Below the pieces are notes generated by a model, which was not told where the DNA came from, searched no databases, and was given only the letters and a program-made list of their open reading frames with translations. Shown here one piece after another: positions 22,980 through 32,116 of a stretch of 64,000 nt of DNA (positions within the stretch are counted from its first letter, which is position 1; each line of letters starts with the position of its first letter). Source of the stretch: an uncultured delta proteobacterium (GTDB lineage Bacteria > Myxococcota > Myxococcia > Myxococcales > Myxococcaceae); the NCBI GenBank assembly GCA_963771175.1, contig CAVYSY010000026.1, forward strand, positions 626,158 through 690,157, written 5' to 3'. The position numbers and the translations under genes are program-made.

Positions 22980-23738
22980 TCAAGGGGTGGAGCGCCCGCC
23001 AATCTCCGAGAAGCGCTCGTAGGTCCGTTTAAGCGCGCCCAGGTGCGCGGGGTTGTCCAGGTCGAGCGGCGCCTCCGTGAGCTGCACGACCCACCCGCCT
23101 GTTGAGGTACGCCGCGCCCGTGAGAGCAACTCCGCGTCGCGCGAGGGGTCCGGGAAACCGATGGCTCGGGCAGCAGCGGCCGACCAGTAGTTCAGCCACC
23201 CGAGGTTATGCGGAATCTCGGGCGCGCGGATGTAGTCTGGAAACCTGAGTGCTGGGAGCCCACGTGGCGGGACCCCTGGCTTACGTACCGGATCAATCGT
23301 TTGCCGCGAAATCTCAACGGCCGCGTTGAACGGCGTTGCTTGCCCCCAGAAAGCGCGCGCGCCTTCCCCTATGGCAGCCAGCACATCCGCTGCTGCTGCA
23401 ATGCCGGCTGCGTCCAGGTGCAGCGACCCATGGACTTCCAAGTACGGCGGGCTTCCTGCCGCAAGCCCGTTCGGGTTCTCCCACCCGGTAATCGTCACTG
23501 GGCGGGTTTTGTCATCGTTGCAAAGGAACGGAAACCCGTTGTCTGCCCTTTCTGTCGCGACCCATTCATCGCGATGAGGCAATGCAATGAACTCTTCTCT
23601 TTCAGAGAGCGTCCACTCCAGCCGTAGGCCAGGAAGCGCGCCTTCCATTCCATGGACGATAGCGAGAGGCCGCCTATCGTCGCCCACGAGCGCAGGTGCA
23701 TAAACAATGATGCCGAGCTCATCAGTGAAGGCCGCCAT
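22980..23738 (-). CDS. DUF5953-like protein, putative immunity protein (copy 1)
   Basis: Starts 1 nt after the lipoprotein stop; conserved LGWLNYWSAAAA..GFPDP..GGWVVQLTEAPLDLDNPAH. Confidence 0.75.
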   Translation of the reverse strand: MAAFTDELGIIVYAPALVGDDRRPLAIVHGMEGALPGLRLEWTLSEREEFIALPHRDEWVATERADNGFPFLCNDDKTRPVTITGWENPNGLAAGSPPYLEVHGSLHLDAAGIAAAADVLAAIGEGARAFWGQATPFNAAVEISRQTIDPVRKPGVPPRGLPALRFPDYIRAPEIPHNLGWLNYWSAAAARAIGFPDPSRDAELLSRARRTSTGGWVVQLTEAPLDLDNPAHLGALKRTYERFSEIGGRSTP

Positions 23739-23739
23739 A

Positions 23740-24750
23740 TCAGCACCAGTCCATTACGACGACCTTAAGGGTTTTATCCAGCGCCTCAAGAGCAACCTTG
23801 TGCGCGGTGCTTTTCACGCCAACGACAAAGTTGTATCCACATGCTTCTGCCAGCCTTTTCTCGCGTTGAATTTCAGGCAGTTTCATTCGGACAAAGAACC
23901 TCTGGGAGTGAGGCGAGTGTACGTCGAAATCATCAGTCTTCACTTCCCACAACGTGCGCGTGGCCAGTTGCAGCGCATCGAAGTTCTTCCCATTCACATA
24001 CACATCCCCCCCAGGGAAGGTGTTGCCCGGCATCTTGTCGGCGCATTCGTTGTGCGGGTCATGCCCGCCAAGGTGGCGCGGCAAGGGGATGGGCTTGCAT
24101 CTCGGGTCGTCTTCTTCCTGGGTGAGGGCGGTCGCGGGCTGCTTTCGCGGTGACGGCTCCCAGGCCGGTGTTTTCGCCGCACGAGGCTGGGCCTCCAGTT
24201 CCACCATGAGCTGCCGCGAGGCCTCCGACACCTCCCGCAGACGGGCCTCGTACCCCCCTTGAGCGCCCACCCACTCCGGGCGACGGTCGATCTCCGGCCC
24301 GGCGGTGCTGGAGGGATAGAGCAGGACGAGGACCGCGAGCAACGGACCCACTCGGGGGAGCGCTTCAGCCAACGTCCCGGCGCGTCCAGCCTGGGCGAGG
24401 CCCTCGGCTCCCCTCGCCACCTCAGCGGCTTGCCCGCTCGTCCTCGCGGCGAGGGAGAAGCGCTCGAAGGCCCGTTCCGCTGCGGTGAGCTTGCGGTCCA
24501 ACGCTTCCCACTGACGCGGCTCCAGGTCCTCGCGGGCCCGAGAAAGCAGCGCCCTGGCCTTGTCCAGGTCCGCCTTTCCAATCCGCGACCGTTCCGGCGT
24601 CGGCTCCATCGGCGCGGAAACGAGCCGGATGCGCGGGCCCGAAGTGGGAGGCGACGCGAAGGCGTGGGGCCGTGGCATCGGCCGCGGGGCGGGCGCGCTA
24701 GCGCAGGCGGAGAGCAGCACCAGAAGCGCGCTCCAAGTTCGCAAGCGCAT
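23740..24750 (-). CDS. DUF6310-like lipoprotein with C-terminal PD-(D/E)XK nuclease-like domain, putative toxin (copy 1)
   Basis: Lipobox LLSAC; C-terminal NGKNFDALQLATRTLWEVKT. Confidence 0.75.
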   Translation of the reverse strand: MRLRTWSALLVLLSACASAPAPRPMPRPHAFASPPTSGPRIRLVSAPMEPTPERSRIGKADLDKARALLSRAREDLEPRQWEALDRKLTAAERAFERFSLAARTSGQAAEVARGAEGLAQAGRAGTLAEALPRVGPLLAVLVLLYPSSTAGPEIDRRPEWVGAQGGYEARLREVSEASRQLMVELEAQPRAAKTPAWEPSPRKQPATALTQEEDDPRCKPIPLPRHLGGHDPHNECADKMPGNTFPGGDVYVNGKNFDALQLATRTLWEVKTDDFDVHSPHSQRFFVRMKLPEIQREKRLAEACGYNFVVGVKSTAHKVALEALDKTLKVVVMDWC

Positions 24751-24919
24751 CGTCACGTCCTTTCATCAAGCGAGGGGGCAGGCTCAACTCAGGCCCTCCG
24801 TCTCACCTACTCCCGACCGTCAGCCTCAACGCAGCGCGATGACCCGGCCAGTTTCCGGCCGAACGAGGTGGTCCCCTGGTCCCCGGTGATTCCGGTGGAG
24901 ATGGTCCCCTTTCTGGTCG

Positions 24920-25117
24920 GTGGTGACAGTGGAGCTTGCCCGGTGGCAAGAGTCACCCATTCCCGCGAATGGTGCCGGTGCCGTCGTGGTGGGCGTGAAG
25001 GGGGCGCCCGCGCAGCTCGGCTGCCCCTGTACCCTCAAGCTATGGGAGGCAGGCGGGCCGCGCACCGTCACCCTCGGGAACGTCACCTTCCCGGTGAGCC
25101 AGAAGGCGGCGCCCTGA
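24920..25117 (+). pseudogene. C-terminal remnant of a DUF2381-like gene (copy 2)
   Basis: Same tail as 22788-22951 with a slightly longer 5' piece (VELARWQES). Confidence 0.55.
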
Positions 25118-25145
25118 GCACGGCCACCGCGAGCAGTGCCGAGCC

Positions 25146-25898
25146 TCAAGGGGTGGAGCGCCCGCCAATCTCCGGGAAGCGCTCGTAGGTCCGTTTAAGC
25201 GCGTCCAGGTGCGCGGGGTTGTCCAGGTCGAGCGGCGCCTCCGTGAGCTGCACGACCCACCCGCCTGTTGAGGTACGCCGCGCCCGTGAGAGCAACTCCG
25301 CGTCGCGGGCCGGGTCCGGAAAGCCGATGGCCCGTGCGGCAGCGGCCGACCAGTAGTTCAGCCACCCCAGGCGATGCGGAATCTCAGGCGAGCGGATTTT
25401 CTCTGGGAGCTTGAGCGCTGGCAGTCCCCGTGGGGGGGAAGGCGGGCCGGCCAATGTGGGCGCCGTCTGCTCGGCAATGTCTACCGCCGCGAGGAAAGGC
25501 GTCAGATGCCCCCACCGAGCGCATGCGCCTTCCGCTACCGCCTCCAATACATCCACTGCCGCCGAGGTCGCCTCCGCATTTAGAGGCAGCCTCGCGAAGA
25601 CTTCAAACTGTGGCTGATCGCAGGGGCCTCCCGGGTTTTCTAGCCCGGTGAGCGTCACGAGGTTGTCGTCATCGTCGTTGCAGAGGAATGGAAACCCACC
25701 GTCTGTCTTGTCTGCCGCGACCCACTCATCACGGTTGGGCAATGCGATGAGGTCTTCTTTTTCAGAAGTCGTCCACTCCAGCCGCAAGCCGGGAAGCGCA
25801 CGCTCCATTCCGTGAACGACGGAGAGCGGGCGCCCATCGTCGCCTACGAGCGCGGGTGCATAGACAATGAGGCGGAAGTGGTCTTGCTTGGTCGACAT
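25146..25898 (-). CDS. DUF5953-like protein, putative immunity protein (copy 2)
   Basis: Paralog of 22980-23738; near-identical C-terminus, divergent middle. Confidence 0.75.
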   Translation of the reverse strand: MSTKQDHFRLIVYAPALVGDDGRPLSVVHGMERALPGLRLEWTTSEKEDLIALPNRDEWVAADKTDGGFPFLCNDDDDNLVTLTGLENPGGPCDQPQFEVFARLPLNAEATSAAVDVLEAVAEGACARWGHLTPFLAAVDIAEQTAPTLAGPPSPPRGLPALKLPEKIRSPEIPHRLGWLNYWSAAAARAIGFPDPARDAELLSRARRTSTGGWVVQLTEAPLDLDNPAHLDALKRTYERFPEIGGRSTP

Positions 25899-25899
25899 T

Positions 25900-26904
25900 T
25901 CAACACCAATCCATGAGAACGACCGCGAGGGAGGGGTCCGCCGCGCGCAGAGCGGCCAGATGTGCTTTGCTACGCACGCCGACGGAAAAGTCATATCCGC
26001 ACGCTTCGGCGAGCTTTTTCTCGCGCCTCAATTCCGGCAGCTTCAATTTGATAAAGAATTCCTGCGACCGAGGCGGTTGTTTTTCAAAGTCATCCGTTTT
26101 GACTTCCCACAATGTGCGCGTGGTCAGTTGCAGCGCGTCAAATTGCTTGCCATTGACGATCACGTCCCAGCCGGGGAAGCTGTTGTCCTGAATTCTGTCG
26201 GCGCACTTGTTATGATCGTTGTTTCCGCCTCGATGCGGCACCGGGATGGGCTTGCATCTCGGGTCGTCTTCCTCCACGAGGGCGGACGCGAGCTGCTTCT
26301 GCGGCGAGGGCTCCCGGGCCGGTGCTTTCGTCGCACGAGGTTGGACATCAAGCTCCACCATGAGTTGCCGCGAGGACTCCGAGACGTCCCGCAGCCGTGC
26401 CTCGAACTCCCGTTGAGCGTCGACCCAGGGCGGACGGCTGTCAGACTCCGGCCCGGCGGTGCTGGAGGGCCAGAGCAGGACGAGGGCCACGAGCACCGGG
26501 CCCACCCTGGAGAGCGCTAAAGGGGCCTCGCTTGCGCGTCCAGCCTGGGCGAGGCCCTCGGCACCCCTCGCCACCTCAGCGGCTTGCCCGCTCGTCCTCG
26601 CGGCGCGGGAGAAGCGCTCGAAGGCCCGTTCCGCTGCGGTGAGCTTGCGGTCCAACTGTTCCCATTGACGCGGCTCCAGGTCCTCGCGCGCTCGGGACAG
26701 CAGCGCCCTGGCCTTGTCCAGGTCCGCCTTTCCAATCCACGACCGTTCCGGTGCCGGCTCCATCGGCGCGGAAACGAGCCGGATGCGCGGGCCAGAAGTG
26801 GGAGTCGACGCGAAGGCGTGGGGCCGTGGCATCGGCTGCGGGGCGGGCGCGCTAGCGCAGGCGGCGAGCAGCAACAGGAGCGCGCTCCAAGTTCGCAAGC
26901 GCAT
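25900..26904 (-). CDS. DUF6310-like lipoprotein nuclease, putative toxin (copy 2)
   Basis: Lipobox LLAAC; NGKQFDALQLTTRTLWEVKT. Confidence 0.75.
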   Translation of the reverse strand: MRLRTWSALLLLLAACASAPAPQPMPRPHAFASTPTSGPRIRLVSAPMEPAPERSWIGKADLDKARALLSRAREDLEPRQWEQLDRKLTAAERAFERFSRAARTSGQAAEVARGAEGLAQAGRASEAPLALSRVGPVLVALVLLWPSSTAGPESDSRPPWVDAQREFEARLRDVSESSRQLMVELDVQPRATKAPAREPSPQKQLASALVEEDDPRCKPIPVPHRGGNNDHNKCADRIQDNSFPGWDVIVNGKQFDALQLTTRTLWEVKTDDFEKQPPRSQEFFIKLKLPELRREKKLAEACGYDFSVGVRSKAHLAALRAADPSLAVVLMDWC

Positions 26905-27309
26905 CGTCACGTCCATTCATCAAGCGAGGGGGCAGGCTCAACTCAGGCCCGTTGGGGAGTATGCCAGCACGCTTCGACAGCGACGAACGAGCGCGCGGGG
27001 GGAGCGGCACACGGCAGCCGCAGCTCGGGCCTGTGGAGGGCTCCCAGGGCGGTAGTGGAGCCAGCGGGCGCGCTCTCGCGGACAGTGCCGGGACAGGCGA
27101 CCCCTTGCCCATACCTGGAGGGGGCCGGGTATCCAGGCCGCTCGCGCCCCGATTGGCGCCCCCGGCATTGCCCCGGTTAGCCGCCGTAGCCAGCAGAGCC
27201 GATGCGGCCTGCCACAGCAGCCCCGGCACAGGACCCTGGCACCGGGGAGCGAGCTGCGCGTTCAGGAAGGCCCCGCCAGCCGCACACCGCCCGGCGTGGG
27301 GATGGCCGC

Positions 27310-27400
27310 AGGCAATGAGCCTGCCCCCGAACTGGCAGCAGGCGAAGACGTCCAGCGTGAAGCTCTTGCGCGGAAACCCTGCAAGCCCATCAGTGTAGGC
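27310..27400 (-). mobile_element. Possible degenerate IS91-family transposase C-terminal fragment
   Basis: LAGFPRKSFTLDVFACCQFGGRL resembles my recollection of the ...RRTFxxDVFACxxCGGR tail of these transposases; no termini seen. Confidence 0.3.
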
Positions 27401-27449
27401 GCTGCTGACCACGTAACCGGGGCAAGCCCAGAACCGGTCCCGACGCGCG

Positions 27450-28856
27450 TCAGGTGGGCGAAAGCTGGACGTTGCTCCGCTGGAGGAAGAGCTGGAAGCA
27501 GGGGGACTTCTCCAGCAGCGTCTGCCCCGAGTGGATCATCAGGTCGACCTGCTGACGACTCAGATTGAAGTTGGTGGGAACCTTCCAGGCCTCCTCCCGC
27601 ATCCGGGCATCGGGGAGCTGGTCGAGGTCCACGTTGACCACGAACAGCTCCAAGCGCTGGCTGGGGACGGGGAAGTAGCAGATGTTGCAGAGCGGCTGGC
27701 CACCGCACCCGTCCTCACCGCCCACCAGGGCGCCATTGCGGTACTCGCGAAGAACCTGGGTGACCTGCTCGATGGTGTCGTCGGTGTAGTTGTCCATCGC
27801 CACGGAGCTGGTCCGGAAGAGCACGTCCACCAGACCCGGTCCAGGCCGGCGCTCATCCATGCTCGTGTCGGGCGGGGTCTGGGCGTTGACGGTGACGATG
27901 AGGAGCTGACGGACTTTCCGCCTGGCCAGGAGCTGCTGGAGCCAGCCGCCCGTGACGGACATGGAGCGGGTGATGAAGCGCGCCCCGATGTTGTCGGCCA
28001 GGCCGCCGTCGAGCAGGTGCAGCCAGGGATGGGCCTTGCTGTCGCTCGTCTCCTTCCAGGCCTGGGCGCGCAGGTAGGACTCGCGGAACTCGGGCCCGTC
28101 CTCGAGCGCATCCTGGACCCATTGCGGAACGTCGCCGCTGCCGAAGTTCTTCAGGGTGACGGGACTGAGCAGGAACGGGAAGGCCGAGGACGACGCGACC
28201 GCCCAGCCGATGGGGTAGCTTGAGAGATCCGAACCGATGGCCTCGAACTGCTCCTCGGTGAAGTCGAAGGGCGTACCGAGGGACATGTTGGTCGCGTTCA
28301 GCACGACCAGCGGCTTGCGCTTGCGGAGCGCGAGGTCACGGAAGGTCTTCCTGTCGAAGAGGATGCGGTCGTAGATGCTGGCCGCGGCGTCGATGCGATC
28401 GAAATACGGAGAGAAGTGCCGGAACGCCGTGGGAGGCAGGAAGACGTTCAAGGCGAGATCCCTCTCGATGTTGCGCAGGAGGAAGCGCTGCTTGAAGTCC
28501 TCGAAGAGGCGATCCCCGAAGAGCGTGTAGTAGGCCGCGGTGAAGGAGCCGCCCGAGACGGAGGAGAGCAGATCCACCTCGGACAGCAGGCTGCGCCGGG
28601 GCACCCCGGGGGCGGGAAGCCGGTGGAGCACATCGAGGACGCCATACGAGAGCGAGGCGGCGCGCGTCCCGCCCCCCGAGAGGGCGAGCGCGATGAACAG
28701 GTCATCCGTGTTCCGCGGGTCGGTCTTGAAGGCACCCGGCTCGTAGAAGGGCTCGCTGGCGGGGTGCGTGGAGCGGGCCTGATTCAGCGGCGCACAGCCG
28801 ACCACCAGCACGCAGGCGAGGAGGAGCCCGACGCTAGTTCTTGGTGAATTCGACAT
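27450..28856 (-). CDS. Patatin-like phospholipase, predicted lipoprotein
   Basis: Lipobox LVVGC; LSGGGTRA, SVSGGS, ASSSAFP, LLDGG. Confidence 0.88.
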   Translation of the reverse strand: MSNSPRTSVGLLLACVLVVGCAPLNQARSTHPASEPFYEPGAFKTDPRNTDDLFIALALSGGGTRAASLSYGVLDVLHRLPAPGVPRRSLLSEVDLLSSVSGGSFTAAYYTLFGDRLFEDFKQRFLLRNIERDLALNVFLPPTAFRHFSPYFDRIDAAASIYDRILFDRKTFRDLALRKRKPLVVLNATNMSLGTPFDFTEEQFEAIGSDLSSYPIGWAVASSSAFPFLLSPVTLKNFGSGDVPQWVQDALEDGPEFRESYLRAQAWKETSDSKAHPWLHLLDGGLADNIGARFITRSMSVTGGWLQQLLARRKVRQLLIVTVNAQTPPDTSMDERRPGPGLVDVLFRTSSVAMDNYTDDTIEQVTQVLREYRNGALVGGEDGCGGQPLCNICYFPVPSQRLELFVVNVDLDQLPDARMREEAWKVPTNFNLSRQQVDLMIHSGQTLLEKSPCFQLFLQRSNVQLSPT

Positions 28857-29151
28857 GCTTCCGCTCCCCTGCCTTGACCAGGATCTTCTGCTGCTTGGGC
28901 GAGAAGTCGTTGCCCGGAGTCGTGGAGTCCGGGCCCGGCGAGGCCAGCGTGAGCGTCTTGGTGCCCGCCGCGAGCTGGAAGGGTTCGTTGGTCACCCCAA
29001 TGAAGATCGTGCCCTGCAGCACGTTGCGCGACTCCGGGAAGGACACCAGCACGGTCCCGAGCGAAACACCCTTGAAGGTGTTGGGCTTCAACTCCGTGTG
29101 CTCCTCCATCGCCCCATCGGTGTCCTTCGGGAGCTTGCCTTCCCTGCTCAT
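28834..29151 (-). CDS. Hypothetical beta-rich protein overlapping the patatin gene start
   Basis: ORF with GAGGAGG RBS before MSREGK; 23 nt overlap with the patatin gene. Confidence 0.6.
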   Translation of the reverse strand: MSREGKLPKDTDGAMEEHTELKPNTFKGVSLGTVLVSFPESRNVLQGTIFIGVTNEPFQLAAGTKTLTLASPGPDSTTPGNDFSPKQQKILVKAGERKHVEFTKN

Positions 29152-29304
29152 GTCCCCCTCCTCATGCCAGACCCATAGAGGGCGCACTGTGGTTGTCATC
29201 GGACGATAACACCCCGACGCATTCCGGGAAGAGCGGGGCCGCTAACGGACCGCGGCGGAGACCGAGCCGCCCCCGTGGAGGGTCCCTGGCGTATCGCGTC
29301 GAGC

Positions 29305-29997
29305 ATGCGAACCTCCACCCGATGGCTCGCGCTCCTCGGCGTGCTGCTGGCCGCCTGTGCCACCTCAACGCCGGGCGTGCGCGAGGACGACGAAGCACCC
29401 GAGGCCGTGTCCTCGTGGGAAGAGGCCCGTGCGGACCCGAGCTGCGTGGTGCCGCTGTGCGACGGCGAAAGCTGCGCCCTCTGGCGCTGCCGGGACCTGG
29501 TGGAGGTGGACACCTCCCCTTCCGTGGTGCTGGCGCGCGGACCCATGCCCCAGGCCCTGCGCCCTCCCCTGGTGGGCAACCCCAGCCGCTGGTGGGGCCG
29601 CCCCCTCGCCGCGCCCTCCTCAGAACCCGTCTTCGAAATCCCCTGGCACAACTGGAAGACCCGCGAACAGCTCGCACTGCAGCGCAAACACTCGCTCGCG
29701 TGCATGCTCCCGCCCGAACCTCTCGAAAAACACCACATTCTCCCGCAGCAGCAAAAATTGGCCGCGTGGTTCAAGCTCAGGGGTATCGACATTCACGCAT
29801 ACACCATCAGTCTCCCCAGGAGCATCCATCGGAGGCTTCACAGCGGCGGCCCCGAAGGAGGCCAGTGGAATGCGGCCTGGCGACGGTTCCAACAGGAGAA
29901 CGATGGGGCCGGCCCAAAGGAAATCTGGCGGTTCGCGTTCGAGCTGATGTTCCTATTCAACGTGAGTGGCCCACTCGTCCCCTACTGCCAGGGTTGA
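29305..29997 (+). CDS. SitA6-type (TIGR02269-like) polymorphic toxin lipoprotein
   Basis: Lipobox LLAAC; CVVPLCDGESCALWRCRD; EKHHILPQ..IDIHAYT..HRRLHSGG..GGQWNAAW His-rich nuclease-like domain. Confidence 0.8.
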   Translation: MRTSTRWLALLGVLLAACATSTPGVREDDEAPEAVSSWEEARADPSCVVPLCDGESCALWRCRDLVEVDTSPSVVLARGPMPQALRPPLVGNPSRWWGRPLAAPSSEPVFEIPWHNWKTREQLALQRKHSLACMLPPEPLEKHHILPQQQKLAAWFKLRGIDIHAYTISLPRSIHRRLHSGGPEGGQWNAAWRRFQQENDGAGPKEIWRFAFELMFLFNVSGPLVPYCQG

Positions 29998-30012
29998 ACC
30001 GGAGAGCGCTGG

Positions 30013-30729
30013 ATGCGGTATTTCAGAATCGAGGAAGACAGGTCCGCGGGTTACAGCGGCTCAATTGACGGCGTACACAAGTGGGGTCTTCCGGGTCTCC
30101 TCGGCTGCCCCACCTGTGAAGCGACCTGGGGAACCAACTCCAGAGCGTACCCCTCGGTGGACCTCACTCCGGTGGCATCCCTGGCCAACTTCACGGAGGC
30201 TCGACCCGAGCCCATCGAGGAGTATGAAAGGCTGTGCGAGCTGGTACGCCCGCTACTCCCACCAGGAGCAGTGTTACAACCGGGTGCGGCATTTGGCCCG
30301 CTCGTGGGCAAGGCCCAGGGCCGCTTCGGGCAGTTCGTGACTCCTGTTCCCTGGTGGCCGCTGGTGCAGCGCGAGGCACTTGAGAAGCTCCAGGCCGAGG
30401 GCCTGCGAGGCCTCAAGGGATGTCCCACCCAACTGCGCTTCCGCCAGCGCGCCTCGCCCGTACTGCTCGAGCTGGAGTTGCTCCCCGTGGGCCGCGCACA
30501 CCCGGATTGCCTGCCGCCCGACCGAAAGCCCCCCTGCCCTCGCTGTGGCCGTCAGGGCCTCACTCTTCCCAAGCCCCTCCTGCTGGATGCCGCCACCCTG
30601 CCCGACCACCTGGACATCTTCCGGCTGGCGGACTTCTCCACCATCGTCGTCTGCACCGAGCGCTTCGCCGAGGTCTGCCAGCGCCTGGGCGTGGATGGCG
30701 TCACCTTCCACCCACTGCCCACGCGCTGA
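30013..30729 (+). CDS. Double-CXXCG motif protein, SitI6-type immunity
   Basis: WGLPG..CPTCEATW and CPRCGR; directly downstream of the toxin. Confidence 0.8.
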   Translation: MRYFRIEEDRSAGYSGSIDGVHKWGLPGLLGCPTCEATWGTNSRAYPSVDLTPVASLANFTEARPEPIEEYERLCELVRPLLPPGAVLQPGAAFGPLVGKAQGRFGQFVTPVPWWPLVQREALEKLQAEGLRGLKGCPTQLRFRQRASPVLLELELLPVGRAHPDCLPPDRKPPCPRCGRQGLTLPKPLLLDAATLPDHLDIFRLADFSTIVVCTERFAEVCQRLGVDGVTFHPLPTR

Positions 30730-30749
30730 GGTCCCCACCCCAGGCAGAC

Positions 30750-31976
30750 TCAGTAGGACAGGCCGTACTTCGCCGCCTTCTCCTTCACGCCCTTCATCAC
30801 GTTCGCGTCGAAGGAGTCCTCCTTCTCCGCCACGTTCTTCGCCCTCCAGGCGTCACGCTCCGCCGCCAGCTTCGTCGCCTTCTCCTCCAGCGCCTTCCGC
30901 TCGTCGGCGAGCTGCTTCACCTTCGCCTCCCGCGCCTTCGCGTCCAGCCCCGCCAGCTCCTGCGGCAGATCCTCGTCCTTGACGCTCGCCAGCGCCTCCG
31001 GCTGCGCCACCACGTCCACCGCCCCGCCCACCGCCTCCGGCGCGCTGCTCACCGCGGCGGCCGCCGCCGGCGCCTTCCCCGCGCTGCGCGTCGTCTTCAG
31101 GAACTGCATGCGGTCCGCCGCCGCCTCCGGCGCCATGGTCGCCATCTGCTCCGCCCGCGCCCGGTTCTCCCGCTGCGCTTCCTTCTTCCCCGCGTACATC
31201 GTCTTGCGAGCGATCTCCGCGTTCACCTTCGCCAGCTCCGCGTCATACGGCGTCGCCACCGCCACCATCCCTCCCGACTGCTCCAGCGACTCGTACCGCC
31301 CGTCCGTCGTCTTCGCCGCCAGCTTCCAGTGCTTCTCCGTCTCCGGGTCCCCACCGCAGCGCACCGTGTTCACCACGATGTGCTTCTCCGCCGCCCGCTT
31401 CGCCCAGTGGTTGAAGTTCCAGTCGTCGTTGCGCTGCGCCGGCGGCGCGTCCCCCACCAGGAAGATGAGCTTCATCGTCTCCCGGCTCTGGTCCCACGAC
31501 AGCTTCGACACCGCCTCGCCCAGCCCCCGCCCCACGTGCTCCGGCGTGTCCCCGCCCCCGTCCGCATTCAGCTTCCGCAGGTGCGTGAAGATGCCGTCCA
31601 GGTCCTCCGTGAGGTCGTACCGCTTCGTCACGTACTCGTCCCCCACGTCCCGGTACGCCACCAGCCCCACCCGCACCTGCGGCGTCGGCTTGCCCTGGGC
31701 GATGCGCGACGCGATGGAGAAGATCTTCTGCTTCGCCCCCTCGATGAGCCCGCCCATCGAGCCCGTCGTGTCCAGCACGAAGACCACGTCGATCCTCGGC
31801 CGCGCCTGCTGGGGCTGCTGAGACTGCTGGGGCTGAGCCTGCTGTGGGACCGGCGCCCCCTGCGCCTGGGCCGGCGCGGGCTTCCGGGGAGCCTCGGCGA
31901 GGGCCAGGGGAGACGCGAGCGTGACGAGGGCGAGCGCTGCCCCGAGCACGGGGCGCGAGAAGGACTTCAGGGACAT
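30750..31976 (-). CDS. Exported von Willebrand factor A domain protein
   Basis: Signal peptide; MIDAS DTTGSM, VAYRD, GGGDTPE, LVGDAP. Confidence 0.88.
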   Translation of the reverse strand: MSLKSFSRPVLGAALALVTLASPLALAEAPRKPAPAQAQGAPVPQQAQPQQSQQPQQARPRIDVVFVLDTTGSMGGLIEGAKQKIFSIASRIAQGKPTPQVRVGLVAYRDVGDEYVTKRYDLTEDLDGIFTHLRKLNADGGGDTPEHVGRGLGEAVSKLSWDQSRETMKLIFLVGDAPPAQRNDDWNFNHWAKRAAEKHIVVNTVRCGGDPETEKHWKLAAKTTDGRYESLEQSGGMVAVATPYDAELAKVNAEIARKTMYAGKKEAQRENRARAEQMATMAPEAAADRMQFLKTTRSAGKAPAAAAAVSSAPEAVGGAVDVVAQPEALASVKDEDLPQELAGLDAKAREAKVKQLADERKALEEKATKLAAERDAWRAKNVAEKEDSFDANVMKGVKEKAAKYGLSY

Positions 31977-32116
31977 GACGGGGCTCCAGGGGAGAGGAAA
32001 TGCGGGTCGAAATTCCAGCGCGTGCTCGCTGGAAGAACGAACGAGCCTCCAGATGGGTCTACTGGAGGCCCTCGTGGGCACCTACAAGGTGGCCCTCTCC
32101 CTGCTCCGGCCGGAGC

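Larger units (their letters stand above)
22788..24796. repeat. Tandem duplication unit 1 (DUF2381 tail + partner gene + lipoprotein nuclease gene)
   Basis: Matches 24954-26950 (offset 2166 at the left end); ends near-identical, centre diverged. Confidence 0.9.
24954..26950. repeat. Tandem duplication unit 2
   Basis: Paralogous to 22788-24796. Confidence 0.9.
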
